A stretch of DNA of 64,000 bases. Source: Lophium mytilinum. Lineage: Eukaryota. The notes under the pieces were generated by a model that was not told where the DNA came from, did no database searches, and worked only from the letters and a program-made list of their open reading frames with translations. Position numbers and translations under genes: made by a program. The stretch lies in assembly GCA_010093605.1 (NCBI GenBank), contig MU004189.1:565834-629833 (forward strand), given 5' to 3'. This document shows, piece after piece, positions 1 through 12,523 of the stretch (positions are counted from its first letter, which is position 1; every line of letters begins with the position of its first letter).

Positions 1-2
1 AT

Positions 3-476
3 GGAGGGCTGTCGCCGGTCGATTTTGAAGATGTTGAAGGGAACTTCAGGACTGTCATGAATGGTATATACGAGTTCATTTTCCAGCCTCCCTACGACAT
101 CGTCCCTGGTATGGACAACATCGCTGCCGCTATTACGAATAGCATACGGAGGAAAAGCGACGGGACAGAATTAGCAAAGGGCAGTGCTTGGGCTCCTCAG
201 ACGTTTGTTCGAATCAGATGGATATGGATCTTGCTTCCCGCCCTTCTGCTTATTTTCAGCTTTGTTTTCTTGGTAGGGACGATCGTGAAGAGCACGAGAC
301 AAAATGTTGCTGTATGGAAGACATCCGCCTTGGCGACCCTCCTTCACGGGTTATCTGGAGATGCACGTCACATGCTGGACCCAGAAACGCCGGCCAGCGA
401 AGTTGAGGCGACTGCTCAGAGGGTCTTAGTAGTTTTGTCTTCTGAGAAGGACACTTCCAAGCTGGTTTTGGTCTAA
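3..476 (+). CDS. 3' end of a DUF3176-like fungal membrane protein (truncated by the window edge)
   Basis: Frame open from position 3. C-terminal pattern 'NIAAAITNSIR..G.AW..TFVRIRWIWILLP..VWKTSALATLLHGL' is typical of this family. Confidence 0.7.
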   Translation, partial: GGLSPVDFEDVEGNFRTVMNGIYEFIFQPPYDIVPGMDNIAAAITNSIRRKSDGTELAKGSAWAPQTFVRIRWIWILLPALLLIFSFVFLVGTIVKSTRQNVAVWKTSALATLLHGLSGDARHMLDPETPASEVEATAQRVLVVLSSEKDTSKLVLV

Positions 477-1637
477 GGCCTGTGGAGAGATTGTCGATTT
501 GCAGAGAGATTCATAGAAAGCGCCGTCCCTTTAAGTAAATTAAACACCTAACGCAGTATTTATAAATTGACGACTAGTTGAGTTTGAGGAAACACAAGTG
601 CTAAACGTGATTGCTGATAGTACATAGCGTCATGAAGCCGCTTGTGGCAACACTTACTGAGTATACCGCTTACACTTGACCAGTGCCAACTTGCTATTGA
701 GCAGGACGCATATCGTATTTGCCGACCGAATGAATCGGCTAAAGCTACATGATGGACTCATGGGGTTTATGCGAGCCTAGTCAAAAGACAGAATAAGATA
801 TGTTCGCTTTTGGAACTATCTCAGCCAGGTCGATGTAATGCGGACGCGGGGGCTATAAGGTTGGATATGAGGCTTCTTAATGGCGAACGCTCGAGGTTTA
901 CGAGGTACTCGGTCTACAACCCACCTTGTGAGGTTAAGCAGTATACCATACGGAGGCGTCCCGAGGTCCTGTTAGATATGGAAGGTAGTGAAAGGGAGGT
1001 GTCACGTCGCTTGGAGCGACAATTCCACTTCGGCTTTTCATCCTAGTTGAGGATAGCTGGAGGTGTCTTGGTGACGACCCTTGACCTTCACATTCTACGA
1101 GTGGCCAGTGACCATGTCGGCTCGCGAAGGCGAACGGAGGTGTCTGCAGGCGGAGACGGAAGCTCCTACAAGGCATTGTTCATGCACTTAGCCGAGACTA
1201 ACTAGGGTAGGACTAGTGTCGATGGGGCTCTGAGCTTGATGAGACATCGGGACCCCTTGAACGTTTCGCATCCACCTTCACACTTCACGATTGCACTAGA
1301 GGTGGAGAGTGTCTCAGATGTCGCATCATACCTGATGTCCCATGGCCCGGTAAAAAGAATAGTTTTACATTCATCTTTCATCAACTATGGCGCCTAAATT
1401 GAAAACAGCCAACTCCCACGCAATATTGAACCAGGAGAAAGGCCTTGCTCCGTGATGTGCGAAGGGTCGCGCTGGACGGAGATATGATCTATGTGACATG
1501 ATGTAGTCCAGAAAGGTTCGAAGAAAGAAGCATTACATCTCAGTGCCTACCACCTCCACCAATCCTCTTCAGCTCGTGATTCATCCTCTCCGGGCACAAC
1601 GCCGGTCCTAGACATCTTCTAGATGGTGAAGTAGTCT

Positions 1638-2769
1638 CTACGCAATAAACTCGCGCGCTGTGAACTTCCTGGGTCGGCCAAAACGGCCGCCTTTGCCTTG
1701 ACCAAAGCGCTGGCCACCTTTGCCGGCTTGTCCCTTCCCACCAGCGGCGTTGCCGCCAGCAGCGGCCGAGGTCGTAGCGGCTGCCGCACTAGTAGCAGCT
1801 ACCGCACTGGATGCGGCTACGTTTCCTCCTGCATTTCCAGTATTGCCCGTATTTCCAGTATTGCCATTTTGTCCTTTTCCAGTATTGCCGCCCTTGCCGG
1901 CCGTAACTGTAAATCTCACACAGTCGTCCTGAGCACCACGTTGAGCCACGGGCATTAGCACAGGTTGATGATTGCTGGCCGAGGTCATAGAGCAGACACG
2001 ATAAGCTCCCGGCGGTAGGCCGCCAGACAATGTGGCACTTAGAAGACCATTCCCATTGCCATCATCGTTGACGCCCTTGAAGAAAGCAAACACTGTTGGA
2101 TCAGGAGGTGTGACGGTATTAATATCCCCTTTTAAGTCCTGAACAGTAATATGAGTGTGTCCGATTACTGCGCCGTTGGTGCCGATCTGTTGAGGTGCAG
2201 CGTAGTAGGTGTTGTCCGGGTTGGTGAAAGTACCAGCGTTGAGATTTTGGAGCTGGACGGAGAACGTGATGTTTTCGGGCGCTGCAGGAACGTTCGCTTG
2301 GTTGTTGGTCGGCGAGACAAAAGCTGCCGAGATCATCTTGTCCTTCGCGGGAATGTCACCCATTGCTAGCAGTCCATTAGTTCTCAAATGCCTTTGCATG
2401 AGGAAAAGGTTTACATACCAATAGGGTTGCAAGAGCCTGCCTGGGTCTGCAAGCCGTTGGTTATAGTCTTGCCCACACAGAAGTCAATGAAGTTGTTTTT
2501 CGAACTACGCTTGTTAGTCAAGCACTTGGTTGCACTAGAAAAGGAACGTACGTGAGGGAAGCGGCTTGGCCAGCTTCCGCATCAGCGAGACCATTGTCCG
2601 TCGTCTGAATGACGGCTGGATTCAACGTCGTGGATGTGCCGGTATTGGCGTTACCACCCTGGTTGCCGCCTTGGTTGCCCCCAGACTTTGCGTTGCTGAC
2701 TGCTGATGATTGGGCATTGACCAACCTGGCTGCTAGAGCCAATACAGGGATAACGGTAGTGAATCGCAT
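1638..2769 (-). CDS. Secreted Gly/Asn/Ala-rich fungal protein with a conserved Cys-containing domain (family often mislabelled 'ribosomal protein S17'); 3 exons
   Basis: Signal peptide MRFTTVIPVLALAARLVNA. GT-AG introns 2551-2505 and 2418-2366 join NNFIDFC..TNGLQ..GSCNPIAMGDIP..GHTHITVQ..HQPVLMPVAQRGAQDDC. Confidence 0.8.
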
Positions 2770-4205
2770 AATGGCGTGAGGTGACGGAGAAGAGCGATGG
2801 TTGTGAAAGAATGCACAAGTAAAAGAAAGAATACCGTCTTGCGGAGATTATAGTTGAGGCAAAAACAGACACGCTCAACGTGATCTGGAAAAGAAGGTAG
2901 AGGAATGACAGAAAGGAACGTAAGGCTCAAGAAGAGGACCTCTAGATGAAAGGCAGTGAAGGCAGTGGATGGAGAGTGGATTAAGGCGGCCATGGCAGTC
3001 TTTAAGTCCTTGGCGATGTTCGAAAGCAGCCCCAAGAATAATGCTCCTCGGTGTCCATGAAACCCGATGAAGGCGGCCCTGTCTCACGAGAGGCCGCGAG
3101 GGGTACTACAGCAGCCGCAGGCGTCGACGGAGACCACCTGGGCCGCGTCCATGAGGCTGCCGGGCCAGCTTTGCGCGAGGCATTGAGGTTTTGGCGGAAA
3201 CAGTCTTGAAGCCCATCCTGAGACCGACGTGGTTTCGTTGATGACATAGAACTAAGGCACGCTTCTTGCCGCGGGGCTAAGCCTGAAGGGGAGATCCTCG
3301 ACGGCCAGGCCATCAAGCCCAATTTCCTCTGGCTTCCATCCGTCTCAAGGACGCTGCATCCCCCATTTTGAGGCGTCGTCCATGCGACAGGCGGTAACGG
3401 GCCGGGAGCTGTGGCTCAAGCAGCAATGTCGCGAAACCCTGTTAGCTGGGAGCTGGAGGAGCTCTGACCCGCCGCGCTGTAACCACCACTTCCCCTCCCC
3501 TTCAAACCGCCATCGCACCCATCGTTTCTGCCTGAGCTTATGGCCTGGATTGCTCGCTCCCTCATGATGCTACTTGACAAATTCAGTCAAGGGCGGACTC
3601 GTATCCCGAGTCTGAGGCAAACAGAGCCGCCGCCCCTCCCCCTTCCTCCTGGCAGGCCTCCTGGTCATCTCGCTGCTCCATCCAATTCGGAAACTTTGAT
3701 GAAGAATCAATTGCAATCTACAGCCGCATGCCCCTCTGTTTTGACCTTCTCGCAAGCTTAATCCTTCATCCTTTTCGCTACACCTTCGGCGCCTCCTTAC
3801 AGTTACCTCTTACCTTTGCTCTTGACGCCGTACTCTCCGTATTAGCGCCTTTGCTCCCTCCCACTTGAGCAACGGAGAATCTAGCATAAGGATCTGCGCT
3901 GGATGTGTACCACACCTTAACACGGTTTAAGGTCCAGATCTGCTGGCCCAAAAATATCCGCCAAATTCATGCACTACCGCCAAGTTTTGGAATCACATTA
4001 AAACAGCGAAGCAGAAGCGAAAGAACTCGGCTCTTGTTGACGATTGAAACTACGGCGCGCAATGGCCGTCTCAACCGAATGTTCTATCCCTGTGCCGGTC
4101 CATACACTGCAGAAGCAGATATGATATAGCAATTGGTCCCTCTGCCCCAGAGATTACCGCCTCTGATCTTGCACTTTAGGGACAGCATCTCGACCTCGAT
4201 TCCCT

Positions 4206-5147
4206 CTAAGCCATCACTCGACCCTCCATGACTCGCACGGCTGTTCCGATCAAGTTGATGGTATCAATGCCTTGAGATTCGGCCATGATCACCTCAATCC
4301 CGATCTCACTCCGACGACCTATTTCGACGCCTTGAGTCATCTCATACTTCAGCGTCGTACCAGGCTTTCCTTCCTTCAAGGAGAGATATCCTGCCAAAGC
4401 ACTGGCTGCGCTTCCCGTGGCAGGGTCTTCCAGCAGGCCTTCGATCATCCTCGTGCGCAACTTCACAACTCCATCTTCCGAACTGCCGAGCCGGACGTAG
4501 AAGTACCAGCCTACGAACGTCTCGTTCCAACCCTCGTCAAGGTCTGTGAACTCGATGGACGAGTTGGTTGTCGACACTGCTCCCAATGCTTTCTCATCGG
4601 CCAGCTCTACCAGGACGAAGGTCATTCCCTTGACGATGGACACGACAGGAGAACTCTCTTTCAGGCTAATCTTGCTAGACTCCTCTGCTGCCTTAAGGTT
4701 CGGTTGGAACTGACGGAGAGATTCTCGACTGCATGTTCGCTGATGAATGTTGACATTGTGCGGTATAGAGGCTTTAGTGGTCTCATCCCGGATGTTGTAT
4801 TGAAGGTCAATCTTGCCGGCTTTTACATTGAAGATGGCCTTGATGGTTTCGTCGCTCGCATGTGCTCCCGATTCGGCAATCTCTGAGAGCACGTGACAAG
4901 CCGTACCAATTGTTGGATGTCCCGCGAACGGGATCTCTCCGTTGGTAAGAAATATATCAACCGTCCACTCATACGCCTCGGTGCTGCGCTCATGCAAGAA
5001 GGTCGATTCCGACAGATTAAACTCCTTTGCAATAGCTTGCTTCTGATCTTGAGTCACCGATGCCGATTTCGGGATTTTGATGATCGCCAAAGGGTTCCCT
5101 TCGTATCGGGTCTTGGTGAAGACGTCCACGGTCACGAATTCGTACGC
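4206..5147 (-). CDS. PhzF/diaminopimelate epimerase-like protein
   Basis: Intronless ORF with VDVF..GNPLA, FNLSESTF, EIPFAGHPTIG and EDPATGSA motifs. Confidence 0.9.
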   Translation of the reverse strand, partial: AYEFVTVDVFTKTRYEGNPLAIIKIPKSASVTQDQKQAIAKEFNLSESTFLHERSTEAYEWTVDIFLTNGEIPFAGHPTIGTACHVLSEIAESGAHASDETIKAIFNVKAGKIDLQYNIRDETTKASIPHNVNIHQRTCSRESLRQFQPNLKAAEESSKISLKESSPVVSIVKGMTFVLVELADEKALGAVSTTNSSIEFTDLDEGWNETFVGWYFYVRLGSSEDGVVKLRTRMIEGLLEDPATGSAASALAGYLSLKEGKPGTTLKYEMTQGVEIGRRSEIGIEVIMAESQGIDTINLIGTAVRVMEGRVMA

Positions 5148-7889
5148 CATCGCGCTTGTATTTTCAGGAGTTATGGCGCAAGATGACAATCCTCTAACTC
5201 TGGAACAAATATGATGGTCTCTGGCGGCGTTGTTGCGCTGTTTTGCAGGCTGGAAAAGTTGTGCGTCTCTGGAAGGCTAACCCAAGTTTGTAAGCGTAGA
5301 TTAATAAACTTCCCATTCTTTGCATCCTGCGCCTCTTACTTTTTTTTTCCATCCGCATCACGACACGCCATCACAATCAAGTCCCGCCTCCACGTTTGCG
5401 GACTCAAATAGGGGCCGAAAGACAGGTTTGCGTGTCTCCGAGATTTCGTCACTTCTACCGATTGTCACTCGTGAATATTAGTCTTTTCGGAACATTTAAC
5501 AGCCCCTTTAAGTAGAATCTATGGACCCTTGGGATGGGACAGGAACTGGCCAATGGCGGGACATTTTTCGGGGCTGAGGCTGGTGTTGACGGAGAAAAGC
5601 AGAAGGAGGCTTATTGGATGTGGTGTCACTGTGGTGAACGCCACGGTGACGATCCACGCGGAAGCCTTCGCTGTCGGGCAGAACAATGGTGGCACCCGGA
5701 CGGGAGGATATCGTTTGAGCCACCAAAGACGCGAATTTCGAGGAGGTCGTAAATATAGGAGTCTTGATGGCTGGGTTATGTATTGTTGTGAGGTTAACTG
5801 CCGGAGTTGATCCTCTGGTAAGACGAATGACAATCCATCCAGCCTCCGGCCTCACCCATTGCTCGACTCAACGGGCTCGATTCCGGTCCCCATCTCTTCT
5901 CACGCGTCAAGGCCTCAGAGTTCAACGCGTTTGTTGTTCTCCGAGCGTTTCGGCGTGCTGGCTGTGTCCCAGCACCACCCATGCGATGGTGTCCCGTATT
6001 CATCCCACGCGTCTGGGAGGGCACTCCCAGCGATGCCAACATCAGTTGATTTGGCTTCTCTCCACACTGGCATGGCTGACACGGGCGTCCTGGCTCGATA
6101 GCCGACCGCTCCGTCTGGGCCGCGGGTAGGCCTCCGGATAAGATACAGTTCGCAGCGACTCAGCATGCTGACACTCCAGCACCTCGCCCTGGTCTTTCAC
6201 AAAGCGTGAGCGGCGATCACCAACCATCGCCTCGACTTGCACGTGTCTGCCGGCTTGCGGAGAGAGGGCCGGGGAACACGACACGAACAGGTCGCTAGCC
6301 CGCAGCGCGATACACAACAGCCCTGCCAGGCGGTGCTAGGCCGTGGGAGATGAGCAAGACGTCGCCGTGGCTTCTCCGTTTAATGATGGCGTTGGGCCAC
6401 CGTCCGAATGGGCCGCGAGTGGTGGCTGAAACCCATCGTCGTGGGAGCAGTGCGGCGGTCTGGCCGAATTGACGAGAAAAGGCGCCGATAAAGATGACGA
6501 GGCGGCGCGCTGATTGGGCCGGCGGGGTTGCATTTGAATTTTTCCAACGCTGTGCATTTTCACGTTTGAAGCCAGGGAGGCACGGCATCATGCGCTCGAT
6601 TCACGCAGCGCAACTGCGTCAGGTCGCACATGGATTGGGCGCTGCCTGGATAGGGGCATTTGTCACTTTTGCACGTGGGAGAGAAACAGGCACACGAGGT
6701 GGCCGGTGTGGATTTCGGGCGTGTTGCACTGTGCACAGTGGGCTTTTTAGCTGAGGGAAAAACGATATATATTGTGGCTTTTGACGGTGGAAGTGACGGA
6801 CGCCGGCTCCCACGACGACTTCATGGGACACCGCTGCTGGTGCCTCCCGCACCGCAGCTGAAGCCGAGAGCGCAGAGAGGGATGCCCTTGACAGCGAAAA
6901 AAGGCACAGCATCCTGGCAGCCCTCGCCGGCGGCCTGTTGCCAGGCCTGAAGGAGGGCCGGCCGACTCGCGGGCTGCGGGCTCTCTGCACGGCGCCCTTT
7001 GCAGGAGTCGTTCACACTGCTTGGAGCCACTCTGGCGGGCCCGGAGGAACGAGAAGGGCAAGGAGCGCGGCCATGGTCGAGAGGATTCTGAAGCTAAGGT
7101 TGGTGGTGCCGCCACAAGAGGACTGGGAGCGTGGGACTAGCATCCGTGTTATCCTCTTCCCCGGGAATGCCATCCCTGTCACTATCCATGTCATAACGTG
7201 CATGAGGCCTTGGCACATCTGTAAACGGCTTGAGCGCCCCTGGTGGTAGTTCCGACCGATTGACACCCCAAAAATCCTCTCCTCCTCCCTCTACTCAACA
7301 CCATCCCTCGCGCGCCCTCTGCTCTCTCTGCGTATACCTAACTCCTCCCTCCTTTGTGCCGCTCGCCCCGTGCTGCTGTCCGTCTTTCGCTTGGTGCCCC
7401 GCACGCACGTCGCCGTCGACTCGGTCGCCTCCCATTCTTTCGACGCGCACCACTGCTCTCTGCTGTTTGCTACCACACCCGTCGCCTGCGTGCAGCTTCC
7501 TCGACGCGCCATCGCATATCGACTCCGCCTCGAGGGTTATGCCAGGGCGTCTAGACTCTTCCGCCTCCCTTGCGTGCAGACTCGGCCACCCCGCCTTTTA
7601 AGCCTTCTGCACCCCACCACCCCACATTCACTTGTCCAGCAAGCCAGTCTCGTGTCTGCGACCTTTCCATTCTGTTCGAGTGTATGCACTCGCCGTCAGC
7701 TTCCATCTCCCGTTTCGGATCCGCCGCTTGATTCCAGGCCGCAGCCTGAGTTTGATTGTTGCCGAGACAGCAGCAGCCAAAACATAAACACCACCCACCA
7801 TCTTCACCCACACACATTTCCACATCCACCACCGAGCGCCTAGCTACCAGAACAACGAGCTAGGACCATCTCCACTCGTTCGAGTCACC

Positions 7890-9366
7890 ATGGCCTCGCA
7901 AATTCACTCTCGCAATGGTTCAGGAGAGAGCAACGCCTCCGGCTCTTCGTACCAGGACGCCCTGGAGCACCTGCTGCAGTACCCTGGCAACTATGAGATC
8001 CCTCTCCGCACGATGTACACCATCAATTCCGGGGCTCGTAACGGGACCCGTTCCCGTCAAGCTGCTGTAAGATCTCGTGCACAGACCCCTAACACGTCCA
8101 AGGGAGAGGATTCTCCTCTTTCCGAGAGTGAATACCCTGCTCACGAATTCACCGCCTCTCTCATGAACCAGATTTCCAAGCTACCGTCCCAACCGTGTTC
8201 GTTGCCTCCAACCTTCATCGTCGCTTTCGTCTCGAAGTGCTTCCCACTCCACCTGGATGATACCGACTTTACACAATCTCTCGCGGTTCTCGACTACATC
8301 CGCGATCTGGACACACGGAGGCGCAAGGAGTACGCAGCAGCGCTTCGTCGTCTGACGGTGCTGCCTAACACTGTGGGCACCGAGGCCGACGATTTCTCGG
8401 AGCGCTTGCCGGGCGTGGGAACCTGGGTCGCCAACTCCGAGGCGAAGAACAGCAAGGCAGATATATACTACTCCCAGCTTTGGATCGGCCTTCGTCGATG
8501 GGTATGTGCTTGGCACTTGCTCCACCTTCAAATCAATTCAGTCACTGACAATTTAGATCATGATTCATGAGATGAGCGCGGTCCCGTACAACAAGCACAA
8601 CTGTGTGGCTATGCTCAACACCCTATATCCGCCTCCTCATCCTGGTTTCGACACACAGCTCGTCAAGGGGCTGACAGCTGATGCTTACAAGCAGCAGCGC
8701 GACGGTTTCTTCAAATACATAACCGCTGTCGGGAAGCGTGGTCCAGCTTCGCTCGAGAATCTAAGGATGCAGGGCGCGTTAGAGGGGCAGCAGGACGGCT
8801 GGCGTCAGACTGCGCTTAGTCTGGAAAAATTCCTCAGTGTTGCGAAGCAGATCATCGACGACTGCAGCAATATCTATAGCATCGAGCAGTTGGAGCCAGT
8901 GCAAGAGGCACCCATTCGAAAGGGGAAGAAGACAGATTCGGGAGTGAGCTTTAGCTCGAGCAGACGACCCAGTACCAGTGCCGGAAAGGAGGTTCCACTA
9001 CCGAAATTCTCGGCGCCAACTCCACACAAACCTTCGCAAAAGGGTCTCAGCACTCTCGAAAAGATCTCTCGCGAGTTCAAGAGGATGCGAGTCAAGACGA
9101 GGCCTGATGTTGAAGAGATCGTGAAGCCTGAAAAGGTTTCGCCCCTCTTCGATATCACGGGCAACGACAATCGGAAGGCCAACCCGAAGATCAAGAAGAT
9201 GAAATCGATGGGATCTCTGCAGACCCTCAAGAAAAATAACCTGAGCGCAACTTCGCTAATTGGAATGGGAAGGAGGAAGGCCAGTGCTACCGAGGATTTC
9301 GATGCTGAAGAAATGAGACGAGCTCGCATGCAATACAACGCCAGAAGCAAGACCCTAAGGGGCTGA
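7890..9366 (+). CDS. Conserved hypothetical fungal protein; 2 exons
   Basis: ORFs 7890-8570 and 8560-9366 join through intron 8502-8556 (GTATGT..CTGAC..TAG), giving LRRW|IMIHEM. Confidence 0.8.
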
Positions 9367-10738
9367 TGAGGTCTTGAGGACCTAGGAGATACGTTGTGAT
9401 GTCCCATGACTTTACTTGAAAGATCTTGGGAACGGCAATGAGGAGGATCATGATTTTCACGGCATTCAGGTACGGTAAACGATCTCTTTTCTTGGTGTTC
9501 TGTGCGAGCAACCTGCCCAAACACCCCCCCAAAATTACGGAGCGGCATTGAAGCGATGGATCATGTTCCGATGCACCTTTTCTGCCCTGGTCTCTCAACT
9601 GGGACGAGCTCATGTTCATGTTCATGCTTTATTTTGCGACGGTATGACTTTCCTTGAATCTTTGGATTCGACCCTTGATATTCAGGCGTACCAGAGGCGA
9701 CTCTCACGAGCTGGAAAAACCCCTTTCTCTTCTTCGCTGTACTCTTCTTGTTCGCATAGGTAGGCGGTCCTCTGGGGCTGCACACCCTTTCTTTTTTTCG
9801 TCTGCATGGTTTCGGCGGGGTTCTTTGCGGATCTTGGCGCTACGGCCTGGATGAGCATAATCATGGGCGTACTAGCTTCTCGGGCTTTCCACCATCAGTG
9901 TGGGGGCAAATAAAGGAGCATGATTGTATACTTTGGGATGGGGGCTGAGATTGGAATGAGCAATATGTCTGACCCCACGGGTTGGTGGGAGTGGGCTCGC
10001 TGCGAGCCATCATATGCGCCATGCGCGCCACGATTCTGTAGGAATCGAATTAAGACTATTCACCGGTACTCACGTTTCATGCTTGCTTTGGTGAATGGTG
10101 ATCCTGGGCACTGCGGCGAGTAAATTTCATGACTGTCGAAGTCTCGTGATACCGCACCGGCTTCCCGCCGTCGGGTTTAAGATACACGACGCGGCGGCAC
10201 CCCACCTTCAATTCCTTTCAGACGGTCAACACCACCACATCCATCGACTGGGGACCACCACCAGAGTCCGACTTCCCTCTTCTGTAGCTATTATCTTGTT
10301 CCAGGTCTCAACCACAAAGTGCGCCACATCCACTCCGATCGTCGTGCTCGGATCGCCACCGCAGAGGCGCTAGGACCTGGATAACGGTCGTCAACGCAGG
10401 ACCCTGCGTGAGGATCTGCGGGGGGGCTTTGTTTGCTTTTTTTCGGGTACACGTTCTCTTATGAACTTTCATATCTCGATCTGGACGTTTGCTGTGCGGA
10501 CAGTAGCACCTTCTTAGTATTGAGTGCCTACCTGAACGAACAGCAATACGGGGTGCGTATATCGCCAGTTGATCAGTCTAATGGCTGCTAATGGACCTCC
10601 AAAGTCTTGTCTAGATTCTGTTCGAAGCGAGGAATTTATCTTGATACAGAGCTTTCGAGCGGGTCGATTGTTCGGGACTTGGGAACGGGTCGTACGAGGA
10701 GCTGGGTCCAGCTGGGAGAAAGGGAGGAGTTCGTGTTC

Positions 10739-12040
10739 ATGAGGGGCCAGGGTGGGGAAGATAATCGTGTTGTTGATGCTGCTTTGAAGCGGAAACGTGT
10801 CCAGGGGCCAGAAACGGCTGGGACTCGAGGAGAAGGGACGAAGAGGATGAGGGTGAGGGATGTTGGCGTGAGCGTGGAGGGGCACGATGAGCATATGATC
10901 ACGGCGAAAGAGAAGGCAGACACGCGTAGGAATTGGGATGCAGAAGAGGATTCGAGGTTCGACCCACCGCCTTCTGGACAAGAGCTGAGTGATTCGAAAA
11001 ACGAGAGGGCTGTGTTGGATAGACGAAGGGACCGGAGCAATAGCAAAACCACTGCTTTTGGGAGAACAACCTCTTCTTCGACCCATACAGCCACAACGCT
11101 TCCGCCCAATGATGGCCCGAATATCTCGACTAGATCCAGGCCAATTCCTACACCCACAAGCTCCAAATCGACCTCGGTATTCACCTCCGCGCCCACAAAC
11201 ACAAACATATCCACGACCTTCACGACTCCCATGGACACCACCCAACCCGTCACCCGCGCCGCCCTCCCCACCCGCAAGATATTCGACGCCTGGAACTCCT
11301 CCTCCACCGGCCACCAACGCGCCGAAAACCGCCTCGGCGGCAGCACCGATTGGCGGCACTCACGCCAAAAGAAACTCAGCGCGCAATTCACCAGCGGCAT
11401 GCACGGCGGCCGCCGCATCGCCGACACCGTGGGCGCCGGAAGCTTCACCTTCGGCAAAGACGGGCGGAAAGCAAACGGCGGGTGGGAAGCCGGCGCCAGC
11501 GGGCTCAGGGGCGCCGGGCAATCAGACGTGAAAAGCTGGCTCACTCAGGAGCGGAAGAGGGACACTAAGAGCGTTGTGCTTCTCGACAAACAAACAGATG
11601 ATGGCAATAGGGGGACGAGAGAGGAGGACCCAAACACCAACACCATTCCCGACCCTCAGCTCCCCCAGATCTTCACGTCGCTGACGTTCTACATTAATGG
11701 CTCCACCGCCCCTCTCGTCTCCGACCACAAACTCAAGCGCCTCCTCGCCTCCCACGGCGCGGCCCTCGCCCAGGGCCTCGCGCGCCGCTCCGTCACACAC
11801 GTCGTGCTGGGGACTGAGAACGCGCGGGGTGGGGTAGGCGGCGGGCTTGCGGGGACGAAGATCCAGAAGGAGGTCGCGCGGACGGGGGGCAAGGCGGTGC
11901 GCTTCGTGGGCGTGGAGTGGGTGCTGGAGAGCATCAAGGCCGGGAGGCGGTTGCCGGAGTCGCGGTTCGAAGGGTTGAAGCTGGCGCCGGAAGGGCAGGG
12001 GAGTGTGTTGGAGGCTTTTAGGGTGAGAGAAGGTGGGTGA
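10739..12040 (+). CDS. BRCT-domain protein (stand-alone Rev1-type BRCT); start uncertain
   Basis: C-terminal IFTSLTFYING..LKRLLASHG..VTHVV..VGVEWVLESIKAGRRLPE fits a BRCT fold. It is preceded by a conserved-looking FDAWNSSSTGHQ block. Confidence 0.75.
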   Translation: MRGQGGEDNRVVDAALKRKRVQGPETAGTRGEGTKRMRVRDVGVSVEGHDEHMITAKEKADTRRNWDAEEDSRFDPPPSGQELSDSKNERAVLDRRRDRSNSKTTAFGRTTSSSTHTATTLPPNDGPNISTRSRPIPTPTSSKSTSVFTSAPTNTNISTTFTTPMDTTQPVTRAALPTRKIFDAWNSSSTGHQRAENRLGGSTDWRHSRQKKLSAQFTSGMHGGRRIADTVGAGSFTFGKDGRKANGGWEAGASGLRGAGQSDVKSWLTQERKRDTKSVVLLDKQTDDGNRGTREEDPNTNTIPDPQLPQIFTSLTFYINGSTAPLVSDHKLKRLLASHGAALAQGLARRSVTHVVLGTENARGGVGGGLAGTKIQKEVARTGGKAVRFVGVEWVLESIKAGRRLPESRFEGLKLAPEGQGSVLEAFRVREGG

Positions 12041-12523
12041 GTTTTGCAGGTTGGACGAGGTTATAAGGTATGAGTGATGATTATGGCACGGTTTGGTGGG
12101 TTTGTTGGATAGAGAGGGCTTACGAAGACGACGTCGATATGAACGAGATGTATAATGACGAGGTAGAAAGGAGTGCGACATATCCTTTTTGCATCTTTCG
12201 ATGTGTTATTGCTACTACCTCGATATTCTATACGACTCAGACGCTGACTGTCTCACTAATCAACGAGTCGGCGATATAAGAGGCGATAAGGTTCCATGAC
12301 CTCAGGGAGGCTATCTAGAAGCCCATCGAGTAATAGGGTACACGTGATGTTGCCGGGTAGGTTGAACTTTCAAGAATGAGAGTTGATTATTGAGATGTAC
12401 CTCACGAAGCCTCCCCCGACTTTTACGCACCAAAGTGATCAAAAAGACAGACGCAGAACTCCAAGCTAAACTTGAAAGTCAAAAACGGTGTCCAGCGACA
12501 AAGTAGAGACAGAAGGAACCACT

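Noticed and set aside
810..1400. Short ORFs between the first two genes
   Set aside because: No motifs or convincing splice structure.
5200..7880. Many overlapping 70-150 aa ORFs and a 14-bp palindrome CACTGTGCACAGTG (6727-6740)
   Set aside because: GC-rich intergenic/5' region with no recognisable domains; one such palindrome is plausible by chance in 64 kb.
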